A stretch of 63,751 bases of DNA, counting the filler, from Phoronis australis (taxonomy: Eukaryota; Animalia; Phoronida): the NCBI GenBank assembly GCA_002633005.1. It is 5 parts of 5 records of this genome, joined end to end, with 100 filler letters (N's around TTAATTAATTAA, not from the genome) between each part and the next. Parts side by side here need not be neighbours in the genome. Positions count along the whole stretch, not along the records: positions 21,899 to 49,470 come from NMRA01000093.1; positions 49,571 to 51,631 come from NMRA01003866.1; positions 51,732 to 60,564 come from NMRA01001864.1; 2 more parts are not named here. One strand, 5' to 3'. The position numbers and the translations under genes were made by a program. Every line of letters starts with the position of its first letter. Position 1 is the stretch's first letter. The notes below the pieces were generated by a model that saw only the letters and a list, made by a program, of their open reading frames with translations, searched no databases and was not told where the DNA came from. Of the stretch, positions 47,705-60,664 are shown in pieces.

Positions 47705-48529
47705 TTAAGAGACTGCAGCTTTGTGGGGCTAAGTTGCGCGATTCTTTTTCGTTAGACCTGCCGATTTTCTTCAGTATATCGAAAGACCTGATACTGCAGA
47801 AATCCTATCTTGGATATTTACGATCTATGAGGTAATTAACAATCAGATTTTTGTCATTTCCTTATCAAAAACTTTGGTCGATTTGTACTGACTAACCAGT
47901 GAAGAAAACTCAAAAATATTAAAATTTGAGAGTTAACTGATATTTAGAACTAAGATCTGGCTCCGATGATTTTCTAACAGGTGGATATTCATTTTTGTTT
48001 GAAATACCTTCGAGCAATTTTAGACAAAACGAGTGACTAAGCTTGCAGAAGACCGTCTGCCGTTTTCATCAACGGTGTTCTGCCAACAGATAATCGATCT
48101 TTCTTAGTTAATAATTTATATTTATTGTTTGCGAGAGACTCCTAAGAGCAACGCCGCAGGGGGAACCCAGAGCAACCCAATTACAAGGCAGTTATACCAT
48201 AAACGACTTCTCCTTTTGAGCAAAACTTGTTTCTGTCGCTAAGAAATCGTGTACGCTCTCGACGGTGTCCTTGGGCAGCAGCTGAGAGCAGCACAGTGTG
48301 ATCTCGAGGTCACGACAGAAACAGGTGTCAAACGAAAGTCTCCTGAGGTGTAGTAAGAAAATCATTGCCATGCATTATATTATTGTTAGACAACACTAGA
48401 CGGTCAGCCTAGAACACTTACCACAGATGACCACAACCTTTGGCCACAGGGACACCTAGATTGCACTTAGGTATGTACAGAAATGGATGTTTGTCGGTGT
48501 CTGCATTCTAGGAATGGCCCCTGGGACTT

Positions 48530-49470
48530 TAAAATGGACTACAAGAGTTCAGCAAAGCTTAGAATTATAAAAGGCACCGGCCAAAACTGATTTACAATCA
48601 ACAATGGTGTCACACGCAGCGCAGCACTGAATGACAAAGTGCACTTTTCCACCCAGAAACCTCGAATGATCTCCCAAAATTGAACTACTTCAAACATTCC
48701 AAGTACTACAATAATATACCAGTGATAATACGACAGACTATTCTCTGGGTTGAGTCCTCCAGAAACTCTGAGCTCACCTACGGAATGTCGTTGAACTTGA
48801 GCTAGATTGAATATTCCATTTACATATCGAAATTGATTTAAAATGAACACTCGTGTAACGCTGAGCACCAAAGAATCCATGATAAAAATTTTGCACTCCG
48901 GAAAGGCCCCCAAAAAACCCCAAAACACCTCGCAAAATTGATCTAGTTCTCACATTCCAGGTAACACAAAATTAATTCCGTGGGAGTAATTGTATTCCAC
49001 TGGACACTAAGTCAGTAAATAACCAACGACAGACAGAATTCACTCTAAAGCCCACCAGAAACCTTCAAAAATGTCAACCACGGATTGCTGTTGAAAATGC
49101 CAGCAAGATAAGGTATTTGAGGTACCGGCCGAATCTGATTTTAAATGAATAATCGTGCTGCACTGATCATCGAATTGATACAACAGAAAAATTTCATTCT
49201 GGAAATGCCCGCCAAAAACCTCAAAAGGACTTCCGAAATTTCGCTAGCTTAAACATTCAAGGTACCACAAAAACGTGAAACTCAGTACATGCCACTGATT
49301 GCTAAATGACCCATGACATACAAAATAGTTTCTGGGTTGTGTCTACCGGAAATTCCCAAAATGTTACCCACGTAATGTTGTTGAAGGTGTGAACCAGACT
49401 AGATGTTGGAGGTACCGGGTTGAAGGTGTGAACCAGACTAGATGTTGGAGGTACCGGGTTGAAGGTGTGA
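48530..49470. repeat. Diverged ~260-300-bp tandem repeats ending in a 39-bp perfect tandem at the contig edge
   Basis: An aaaattga.cta.tt..acattc.a.gta..acaa-type motif recurs at ~48675, ~48935 and ~49235; ttgaaggtgtgaaccagactagatgttggaggtaccggg starts at 49381, 49420 and 49459. Confidence 0.65.
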
Positions 49471-49570
49471 NNNNNNNNNNNNNNNNNNNNNNNNNNNNNN
49501 NNNNNNNNNNNNNNTTAATTAATTAANNNNNNNNNNNNNNNNNNNNNNNNNNNNNNNNNNNNNNNNNNNN
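49471..49570. other. Artificial assembly spacer
   Basis: 44 N + TTAATTAATTAA + 44 N. Confidence 0.95.
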
Positions 49571-50699
49571 CAGCCACGCATGCGCAATTCAATCACCACT
49601 AGTACAGCAGCGACACCGCGAGGTGAATTCTCCGAATAGCCCCATTGTATTACTTTAAATTATTTTGGGAAAGTTTTATGATCGAACCGGCTAATGACGT
49701 CGAGTCGACATTGACCTACCTTTGAACTTTCCACGTCAGAGGGTGCTGTTGAATTAGTCCGGGAGGGGTATACGGAAATCAATATCACATGGCCGTATTG
49801 CACTCGGCTGATTCAATGCTTATGGGATGAATTTCAAGTTACTAAACGCCTGCATGCCATATCTAGATCTCGTGCTCTAGCTAACCACATAGTTCTGGAG
49901 AAGTGCGGGTGATATCTAGAAGATACGATATATCGAGGCATCACTAAAGACGGTGCAGGTCCAACAATGGCCTGCTACATGTACCTTCTAGGATTGATTA
50001 GGTGTACCTCCAGAACCAACTTTTACAAGTCTTTAGAAAATCTGTCTCGAGGTCATTTACACGCCGACGTGGAATGTCAGAATGCATATCGCCCATAGTC
50101 CACAATCATTCAGTTCCTGTGGAAAGGATCTACAATAGTCAATGTTAAATGGTGCACTCGGAAAAGTTTTATAAAGCCTAGTTTCCACTACTCATAAAAT
50201 ATCTACTGGGACCCTCTGCAGCCTGTCAAGGGCATTGTTCACTTTATGTCGCAGGCTATTAATGTTCAGGTATGCTGTTATGAGTGCGGGCTGTTTTATA
50301 GTACGAGGTACGCTGGATTGTTCAAATCGGACCGTTATGTCTAACGACCAACCAGTCCGTCCATCACTGGCGGTGTTTCACGTGAAAAAGCCGTGATCTT
50401 GTCCACACTGTCTCTCTGGTAATCTTGATAAAAACTCACGTTAATGCCGGGTTATTCACTTGTATTTGTTGTACTATGCAGTAAAATATATTTGTATTTA
50501 TTAATCAAATGTTAGTTAGGCCTACATGCCATGATTAGATGAGGGCTCACGGACCCAGGATGCGTTAGAGACTCCGATGTTTCACGGACAAAAGGGTAGA
50601 GGAACGCTAGACAAAGGACTGATTGCTATCTGGACTAGCCTCGACTTAGAAATCATCGAAAAACGATTACCCTTACTGAAAACGTAGATCCGCCACTGC

Positions 50700-51087
50700 T
50701 AGAGATTCTAGAAAATTCTGAGAACAAACTGTAACAGCCAATGATATGATTGGATATGATAATGTGGTTTTCATTAACCTATCACTAAATAAGTAGAATA
50801 TTATAATATGTGCCTAAAGTCAACAAGATATTTCGATGCGCTATAGTAGTTGAAACATAAAGACTTGCTACAGTGTACAGAGGCAATTTTATGATCGACA
50901 TATGTCCCGAATAATAGATACATGTAAATGATACGCGCGTCGTAAGCTCGTTACCAAAGATGAAAAGGAGACGGAGGTAGGCGATATAAGTTCATTTATT
51001 ATGACTATTACAGTTACAATATAATGAATTTTACAACAGAGCCATCTCGTGGAAGATTCTAGAAAGGATCTTGGCAAGGGCAAGGGT
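50700..51087 (+). repeat. Dispersed repeat; relative of the element split by the LINE at 26843..27874
   Basis: The left part resembles ~26675..26842 and the right end (gattcta.a.aggatcttggcaagggcaaggg) matches ~27930..27960. Confidence 0.6.
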
Positions 51088-51264
51088 GAACGAACAGGAA
51101 GTTAACTAAGAGCTTGTCACTTGCATCGTAGGTAGTAAAATACTACCTGAAGTGTTGCGTCACCAGCCAGAGACTGTGACCAGCAAGAAGAATCGCGAGT
51201 AGAAGAAATTGCCTGCAAGTGTTGCATCACCAGAGACGGTGACCAGCAAGTACACTGTCGCTAT

Positions 51265-51610
51265 GGTGGCACTGAATAGTTAGGCTGCGGCCGCGGCCAA
51301 TTTGCACTGCCAAAATATTAAAATTTTGGGGTAGGCCAAGTTTGGGGGCATTTTGTAGGTGGACATTGCATGTAGGCTCAGTGAATGTGGTTTGTTTGTA
51401 TTTGTGAACATGCTGAGAATGAAAAAAGGCCACTTTCTCGGCTGTAGCTGCACTCTTCTTCAAGATGGTGGCCCCCTGTTGCAATTGTGCATTGCTGTGT
51501 AGCAACTGAGAAATTGGCCGCGATTTCAGGTAGCCCTCAAACAAGCCAGATTTGCAAAAAAAAACTAGTTGGTTGACAGTACTTTTGTACCACATTTTTG
51601 GAATCGGTAG
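51265..51610 (+). mobile_element. Non-autonomous DNA transposon arm homologous to 23125..23426
   Basis: ggtggcactgaatagttaggctgcggccgcggccaatttgcac...; reverse-homologous to the 23 kb copy. Confidence 0.7.
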
Positions 51611-51631
51611 GAAATTTGCTTTCGCAATCTA

Positions 51632-51731
51632 NNNNNNNNNNNNNNNNNNNNNNNNNNNNNNNNNNNNNNNNNNNNTTAATTAATTAANNNNNNNNNNNNN
51701 NNNNNNNNNNNNNNNNNNNNNNNNNNNNNNN
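51632..51731. other. Artificial assembly spacer
   Basis: 44 N + TTAATTAATTAA + 44 N. Confidence 0.95.
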
Positions 51732-53702
51732 TGGGAACTTTTTAGATTTTGAAAACACTCTAATAAATGAATTAAAAAACACCAAAATAAAATTGCCCCC
51801 CTAAAGTACCCACAAAAACCATTTTCTAGAGGCCCTACAAAATCTGGCCCACCGACTAACATGGGTATCCAGACCCCAACTGTGCTTCACTCCTTGTTCA
51901 AGGCTTAAAATAGCTAGCGTCACACGCTATCGTCACGCGCTTCGCTCTGTCTCGCGCTAGCCTTTGCCTAACGCGCGTGATTCAGTGGACATACTTTCGG
52001 TTATGGCGCGCGCGGTGAAAAAGTCAACGGGTACCAAAAATGTGGAGTTGAAATTCTTCGGCAAAATCACCCCAATCTCATAACTAAGCTTCATCGAAGA
52101 TATGTATAGAAGTAAAATAAATGGATCCATGAAGAAATGAAGCGTTTTTTTAAGTGATAGTTTTAAGTATGGAATGTATTTTTGACGAGGTTAAACTCAA
52201 AATCAGTGGCCAGATTTGGCCAGACGAAATGGTACAGAAAGCGATGGGAAGTATTCTAGCCCCCAACCGGCCAACCGAGAGGCTACGCGTTGACTAGCCC
52301 CTGTCCTACTAGCTCCGTTGATAACCTATATACCTCGCCGACGGGTCTCATCCCCAAAGCAGACGGCGATTGTCACACGATATCCCACTTATACCCAGGG
52401 AAGTGGTGAAATAGCGAGGAATTGGTTTGGGTTTGAGTGATCATTAAAATCGAAAGAAATCGGCCGTTAGAAAAGCCATCTGTGGCTACAAATAATAAAT
52501 AAGGGAAGTATCGTTTGTCCAGGACAATTAACGACGAACGGGAAGGAGTCTACTAGGTATAAACTTGTCTAATTAGGAAAACTTACGAGTGAATGTACTG
52601 TTGCTTGAGGCTGGGCCGCGAAAAGGCCACGCTTCTTTTCCTTACTACACCCGGAAGAGCTGGGATCTGTGCGCGCGCAGGGAGGTCAACCTACCGGATG
52701 CTCTATGTGACCTCCTTCTGCTTTCCGACTGAGACGGAAAGTCAACTGCGATTTCAAGCGATTATTTAGCGAAAATCTACCTGCCTTACTACTTCTACTG
52801 CAAAATTACACGATTGTGCTCATTGTTCACGTATTTAGGATTCCTGTTGTGTAGTTGTTATCACTTTGTTGTGTATCATCTTTCAGTTTGAACGTCATTT
52901 TAGGCTCGTTTGTTTTAATAATAGTGTTTAAAGGGCTAGAATAATTGTTTTGTAACCTTGGTTACTACATATAAGTTGTTATTTCCATAGTATTCAGGTG
53001 TATTAGTTGATTCTAATAGAAGTTTTAGACTTTCATACATCAGGTCAGCTTTGAATAATCAGGTCAGAATGAGGGTGAGTTCTTGGAACATTAATAATTT
53101 CTTGTGTAGTTGTAAAATGTCCTTTTTACAACATGCCCATTTGCATTAGTCCTAGGGATAGGGTAGAGTTCTGTAATGTCGCTAGCACCTTCCTTGAAAA
53201 GCAAGATTTTCCTCTATATTTCTAATGAGATCGCTTTAGTTTGGCTACATTCCTAATCATCGATGTGCATAATGTCATTGGTCGTAGTGTTGAAAACAGT
53301 GGTCATGGAGAAGAAGTCATCAGCCTCCTAATGGACTCTGTTTCTTATTTGAAAATCAAAATCTACACTGTGTCATGGAGAGTGTGTGACTCAGTTTTCA
53401 CACTTTCAAATTCGTCAGGTTGTGGGGAACGCTCTGCTGTATGGAAGGCCCCTTGTCTTTTGCTAATTTTGGTAATTGTCATTAATGTTCATTTAATACT
53501 TTTCTTAGGTTAAGGTGATCACTGANCTCTGTTTCTTATTTGAAAATCAAAATCTACACTGTGTCATGGGGAGTGTGTGACTCAGTTTCACACTTTCAAA
53601 TTTGTCAGGTTGTGGGGAACGCTCTGCAGTATGGAAGGCCCCTTGTCTTTTGCTAATTTTGGTAATTGTCATTAACTGTTGTTCATTTAATACTTTTCTT
53701 AG

Positions 53703-56090
53703 GTTAAGGTGATCACTGATGGCATTTACAAGTACGCTGAGAGTAGCCGCAACATCAGAATTGACTTGGAAGTACACAGTGGAAGATGTGTTACTTTTTG
53801 CTCAGATGGTGAGTTTAACATGACAACAACATCAAAACTTCTTTTCGCTATAGTCTGGCTAAAAATGAAAATCAAATTTGGAATGAAAATTAAATTTGTT
53901 CTTTTTACACTCATGAAGTCGTATATAAATAGTCTTTTTTACTTATTACCTCACCTTAGTACCACCTTATTTTTGAAGTGTTTGAAAATGCGTTCACGGT
54001 GTGTGATTACTATTGTTGAATTTGTTGTTTTATGTGAATAATAACGTTGTTGAGTTTATTATTTTCATATTTCATTGCTTTTTCTTTGCTACAGGCTTTT
54101 GTATAACAATAAGTATAAATATTATGAGTGTTATCTCTATTTCAATAATATCTGTTAATATTTTAATCATTGTTATTGCCATTTTATTAATATTATTAAA
54201 GAAAAAACCACATGACACTTGAGCTGCGTAAAAATGATTTCTTTTTCATTGCTACAGAGACTGACATCACGGGAAGATATGACACGGTAGTGCTTCATGC
54301 AGGAACAAATGACGTGGCCCAGAGACACCATCCGATGGCAACAGCAAGGGATTAGGGATCATGGATTGCCAAGACCAGGAAAATGTTTGATTGACCAATA
54401 TTTGTGTCTTCTCTTTTACCACAACTGGATGAATAAGTAGATGAGTGTATCGATCAAGTGGTGTTCCACAAAACATCATCATTTTGTCACCTGCTTCACT
54501 GTTTTTGTGTTCACTTCGATAAAATGTCCCAATACTATAGCGGAAATTCCAGTACAATATAAACATTCAGTATCATACTTGAACTAGAATAAGAAAAATC
54601 CACTATTTAATCCAATTTAATTTGCTNTACCACAACTGGATGAATAAGTAGATGAGTGTATCGATCAAGTGGTGTTCCACAAAACATCATCATTTTGTCA
54701 CCTATTTCACTGTTTTTGTGTTCACTTCGATAAAATGTCCCAATACTATAACGGAAATTTCAGTACATATAAACATTCAGTATCATACTTGAACTAGAAT
54801 AAGAAAAATCCACTATTTAATCCAATTTAATTTGCTCTTTCAAATTGTTCAATCATGTTATAATTCAAAGCAGTCTATTTGTTACTACTTGCCATATAAA
54901 AAGATTGCCCTTGGCCAATACAGCATTTACCTATTAATAATTTTGTTTGTGACCTGGTAGCTCTATACTTTTCCTCGCTGTGTGCCGTGGCTTTGCCTAA
55001 ACCTCTTGCTTTTGATTAGCTTCTTCATCGGGTGTGGGTGCCTCTTGTACTTATAACGTGTAGTAGCCCAATGTTACGTTCATTTCTCATATTTCTCACT
55101 GAAGCCACTACAATGATTTTCATTTTATGCTTCTTTTGCAGCATGCTTAAGCACTTGTACTTCACCACGTTTGTGATGTTTAACTTTTCTATTGTCTGTG
55201 TTTCCTTCAAAGAAAATATTCAGCAATGGACACTACTTAATAAGGGGCATTATGCTAATTTTAAAAACTGTCACCACCGTATGGGTTTTGTGTATTTTAA
55301 AGGTATTGAATGAATTTGTGAGTTTATGAATTGATGGTGTTATTCTGCTAGATCTTGTATCCTTATCCCNATTATGCTAATTTTAAAAACTGTCACCACC
55401 GTATGGGTTTTGTCTATTTTAAAGGTATTGAATGAATTTGTGAGTTTCTGGAGCTTCTGGTAAGGAGGATGGCACTAATGGACTACAAGATTTTCTACGT
55501 TGACTACACCACATGTTTTGACAGGCAGCGACTGCGCAGACTCGCGCCAAGGTATGTTTTTTCAGTCATGGGACATTCCATGTAAGACCTGTGTAGTTTC
55601 AGATGTCTTATAAATGCTTTAAGCTCTTCAGTCAAGACAGTCATCAAAGTACTCAAACTGGTGCAAGGTGCAAATAAATGTAACCTTCATATGCACTCAC
55701 ACCTTCTGTGTTGAGAGATTTTGGTCAGCACCCTGTCTGCATATTATCTATCGCTTCCTTGAAACATTGGTATACAGTAGTGATGCTTCACCACCAGTTG
55801 ATTTTTGGACATCTTTGTGTGTCAAACCATCCCCATTTTGAATTTACAGCACAGTATTCCTTGTCTGTTGTCATTTCAACATGACTTAATCTCTATACTT
55901 TCCGGATATTTTTGTTTGGTTTCAGAGACGACTGACTTCATCCATCAAGGGATGGTAACCGGGTCCTTCATGAACACTTAAACTCTACTCTGGTTGCAAC
56001 GTTGGACAACAGATATTTTGTTTGGACTAAAGATGACTTTCTTGCAATTTCAGATGAGCAGTGCGTATTATTATTTGCACTAAGTTAAAG
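53703..56090 (+). pseudogene. Spliced SGNH/GDSL hydrolase-like pseudogene; exons 53703..53808, 54258..~54390, ~55445..55551, 55926..~56090
   Basis: Phase-compatible splice sites join VKVITDGIYKY...EVHSGRC (blocks I and II) to ETDITGRYDTVVLHAGTNDVAQ (block III GTND), and DYKIFYVDYTTCFDRQRLRRLAP to RDD*LHPSRDGNRVLHEHL (block V DxxH). Stops at 54353 and 55933; the catalytic Ser position reads Gly. Confidence 0.72.
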
Positions 56091-58879
56091 TTTTGAAATT
56101 TGCAAAAAAATGCAAGTAGGGGTAACATAGTATTGTTTCAAGTGCATACAAAACATCTATTAAGTTAACAATAAGGAAAATCTTGAAACTAACATTAAGT
56201 GTAAACTTAAGTTACGGAAATGTTAAGAGGAATCCGGAGGATAAAGATAAGGAAACATTTAAGGTAAACTCTGGTAGACCTGAAGTTAAAGAATCTGCAA
56301 CACGGGCTTGAACTGAATGCTTATGATAAATGATAGTATTCCCTTTGTTAAAATTACTTGTAGATACCAACTTTGATCCTCCGCTGTGACCTTATTAGGG
56401 CTTACCAGAAGTGGCAACTTAAGTTTTTGGATTCAGTAAGTAAAGGGCTATCCAACAATAAAAGAAGTTTTGAAATCGGGGTCAAAAATTTTTTAGGCGT
56501 GAAAAGGCCTAAAAATAATGTTTTCCAACTTTGATCTTGCCGTGTGACCTTATTAACAATCCAATCCAACTCAAACTTGGTGGGCTTTAGTTTCTCAGCA
56601 TTCTACCTCAATCCGAAATAGAATTTTTGAATTTGGAGACAAAAATTTTTTCGGCCTCCTAAAAACCCTGGACTATAGGCTTAGCTTTTTTTCAGTCAAG
56701 AAACTTTTTGTCTTCGATTTTAAAGTTTCTGTTCTTATTTGAAAGGCCAATCTTCCAAATGGTCAGCCCCCAAGTTTCAGCGTGATCGGCCCGCTAACTA
56801 GGTAATAGTGGCCCACCAAAGTGACCCACCCAAGGGTCCTTTTTTGGGTCCAAAATTATTTTGTTTTCAATTTCAAAATTTTTTTGTGCATCTGATAGCC
56901 CCTTGTTTGTCCTCTCTAGAAATGTAAGTATCATACTTTTTTGGCCTTAGTTAGGGCCCAGGAGTGCCCCAAATTGACCTACCCCTTCAAAATATCAGAA
57001 AAGATGTGCCAAAATGAACTGTAGTTTGGGAAGTCATATCTTCATGACCATTTTTAAAATTTGTCAATTTTTTGTTCAATAAAACTGATTGGTTGTTCGA
57101 CACCTGGCAGACATAGCATGTTTTACTTCTGGCAAGTACATTGTCTGCTAATAATGGTCGTGGTCAGGTGGTAGTAGTACAATACCAATAGTTCTACTAC
57201 TGGAAGACTTTGCACAGCGTTTCAATGCCAAAATATTTTTTTTTTTCGTTTTAGTGGACAGTAAAATAGATGCAAAAATTTCCCGTCAGAATACACTTAC
57301 GGTAAGGTGAGTGTGCTATGCCTAGAGGGGAGTTGCGAATCTGTTGTCTATAGTGTATGGACACATGTATCACAAAAATTAAAAAAATAAACTTCCTCAT
57401 AAGAAGATGTATTTTGTGCCGTCTAGTGGCCATTTTTATGATACAAATATAGACCCCAGAAGCACACCATTAGCGATGCATTCATGAGCACATTTCAACC
57501 TCCTGTGTTGCTCTTGTTTGACAATGTATAATTTAGGAAATGCAGTTTCAAGTGTTATTTTTCTGAGAATTATTTCCAAAAATCCACTGTGCCAGTTCTG
57601 TTTAGCTTGTCCAGTTGAAACCACAATGCCTAACTCCGCCAAGTTGCATCATACTGTTATGTGTTGCATCTTGCCAGTCCCAAGCCTGGGGAAAGGAGGA
57701 GGGGGCGTTTTATGTGGTCCTTCCGTTGGTATCACTGTGTGCAGACTGCTTGGCAAATAAATGGATTACATAGGAGTATCCTATCTGAGCTTTCACAGGC
57801 AGGTATGGGGGCACCCCTGAGGGAACAATAGAAAAACTTTTGGTACTTCATTTAAGTATCAAGTGAAAGTTTCCTTCGAAAGTTGTGGTTAGTCCCTTCT
57901 TACAACATATCCTAGATCTTGGAGTTCACGAGCTCTTGCACGCATATTTCTATGTACATGTACAGGTGCATGCATGTTAGGGTTGATGATTGAATGTGTG
58001 TCATACTGACATTTCCAATACTGGTGATCGTAGCACTTCATACTCGCACATATATATATTCATACATGTGTTATGAATTAATAAATATGCAGTTCTCAAT
58101 GAATGATTGAAACTGGAACGTTAAGAGTGTTTAAGTTACATCTATCAAAGAACTTGTGCAAGGCAAGCTGTGGTGTAGATGGTAAGACCAACACAATGCA
58201 GAGCAACCCAGCTCGATTGACCAAATGCACTAATTGGTAAGAGTATGGGAACCGGTACTAGCATATGCAACACAAACCCTATAATCACGTGATGTGTATG
58301 TATATGCATGAGACAATCTCACAAAGTGATACCTGCGCTTATTCAAAAATTAACATTCTCATGAATTTTTTTCTCGCCAAGAAGTGGATGAAGCTGTAAC
58401 TGTAGCTTTTACCAGTCCTGTCGCTATATGGGGGCAAGCCTAAATAGCCAGAATAGCAAATACTCGTTGAAAATTACCAAAATGTTGCATTTTGCCTACT
58501 TAAATGACTGTTCTCCCTCTCGGTATCATCGGTAATGGCAACGACCATGTAACGCTCTTTCTTTGACCTAATTTGCTCGAGACGTTCTCAGAAAAACTAT
58601 TGAATTCGGTTGATGACATGGTAAAAACGATAACCAGAAGTCAATTACACCAGTAAGGGGGTATAGGATTCGAGCGAATCCGAGGCGCATAGCAAACCCC
58701 CTCCCGTGTAAGATCTTTGTAGTTTTTAGTAGCTGATTTTGTTTTTCTGGTGACATTTTTTTCAATGTTTACTTTTGATCGTGTGTCGAGGGGGCGGGGC
58801 CCCACCACCCCTGTATAGATCTGCCTCTGCGGACTTACATGCACAACCCTCAATGTTCAAAGTATGTGGGTGTATTATT

Positions 58880-59607
58880 TTGACACTGAAAACCCTTTTC
58901 AACTCAATCGTCATTCAAGCTCACCTGGATTACTGCCTCCCGGTGTGGGGCGCTGCATCTTACATGGATATGAAAACTGTCAGGCTATTCAAAATATGGC
59001 TGCACGCATTATTCTGGGAGTTGGTGTGAGATATATTAATATTGAAAACCTCAATATGGAGATGGGAATAATGATAATACACGATGACATAGGGTCTCAC
59101 AGCCATCCAATTTCAATTTGCTCAAAAACCCAAAATGAAACTGGTAAAAATTCATTTAATACAGCGGGGCTTATTTCTGGCGGATTGCTTTCCCCTCCGA
59201 TTCCAAATCAGCATCATCCTTAGTAAGTTTTAAAACCATAATAATCAGAAGTCAATTTAATCAGAAGTGTTCTGTGTACCAAATGTGCCTTAAATATCCT
59301 CAGACCAACCTATTTTTTATCTATATACACGATGATATACATGATTTCATGTACTTTTATTAACTACTTTTAATCATTTATTAAGACATTATTTATTCAT
59401 GTTAATTGTCTCATAATTTTAGTATCATCTATTTATAGTTTGTTTATTATTCATTTTGTCAGTTTCATATTCATCATTGATCGCTTAAGTGTTGTCTTTC
59501 ATTTTTCTAAGTCTGTATGTCCATGCATGGAAAACAACATGACGGGCCAGACTACCCCCATTGTACGTATATAGGTCTATTTATATCGGTACAAATAAAT
59601 AAATAAA
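58880..59607 (+). mobile_element. 3' fragment of a CR1/L2-group LINE
   Basis: TLKTLFNSIVIQAHLDYCLPVWG...IQNMAARIILG (frameshifted) matches the post-RT LDYC..VW...QN.AARII motif; ends in an (AAAT)n tail at ~59593-59607. Confidence 0.8.
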
Positions 59608-60564
59608 AGAATGAAAGTGTAATCAAATATTAGGTCTAATGTACATAATAAAATATTGTGTGATGTTGACATTTTCAGAAAGTACATCAGATAACGCACC
59701 TGAGTTAGGTTGCAAAACGATCTAATAATATGAAACGAACAGCTCAACTTGCGGAAGTANCACCTGAGTTAGGTTGCAAAACGATCTAATAATGTGAAAC
59801 GAACTGCTCAACTTGCGGAAGTAAACAAAGATTACGCGGTTAGAGGTCACCTACTCTGACTGACACGAGCAGAGGTCACCTACTTGACCTCCCTGCGCGC
59901 GCACAGAACCCAGCTCTTCCGGGTGTAGTAGGGAAAAGAAGCGTGGCCTTTTCGCCAATCGCATACTACCAGCCCGACTCAGAGAAGTCCGCCATTCCGT
60001 GTAAGTGGCGCCCCTATAGTGTTCTAAGTGTGAAGAATCCCTGAGTAGCTGCTAATATGCGAATGAAAGCCTTCAACCGATGCTAATATGCCGAATCGCA
60101 AGATAGCCCGTCAGAGTTGCCCGTCAATCCGTGTAAGCTGCGGGGGAAGCTGAAAAAATGTATGAACAAGGAGGAGTGATGACGGGGATGGTGTCTCGTC
60201 TCGTCGCAACTGGGAACCCTCGAAAGTTGTGACGACCGAGGGGCAGTTAACAATTGTGAAAGAGGGATTCAGTGTAATGACTAGAGCACTCATAATTTTC
60301 TACCTTAGGGGCCCGTGAAACCATAAGCCATTACTGAGCAAAGTCACACCGTCCTTTACTTCATGAAGATTTTTTACAATTGCATTTGATCTTAAAGATA
60401 GCCTCCAGCGTCCAAAACACCTTCTTGACACCAGAAATACAATTATTTTATAAAATATTGCTTCTGTTACTTTCATACCACAGAAAGTAATTTATTGCGA
60501 CGTAAATTACACCACCCATAATTCGTTACCCCTTCGTGCGCCCCCAGAGAAATTCTCAACCAAT

Positions 60565-60664
60565 NNNNNNNNNNNNNNNNNNNNNNNNNNNNNNNNNNNN
60601 NNNNNNNNTTAATTAATTAANNNNNNNNNNNNNNNNNNNNNNNNNNNNNNNNNNNNNNNNNNNN
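60565..60664. other. Artificial assembly spacer
   Basis: 44 N + TTAATTAATTAA + 44 N. Confidence 0.95.

Larger units (their letters stand above)
52618..59955. mobile_element. ~7.3-kb unit bounded by ~72-bp inverted repeats; putative large DNA transposon
   Basis: gcgaaaaggccacgcttcttttccttactacacccggaagagctgggatctgtgcgcgcgcagggaggtcaa (52618-52689) versus its reverse complement at 59884-59955, with 2 mismatches. No target-site duplication or transposase recognised. Confidence 0.65.

Noticed and set aside
52300-52380. Possible HDV-like ribozyme (ccgttg/cgacgg pairing, cctcg loop)
   Set aside because: Could not build P2, P3 and P1.1 with the required topology.
58165-58215. tRNA or SINE A-box-like tggtgtagatggta
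   Set aside because: No B-box or cloverleaf follows.
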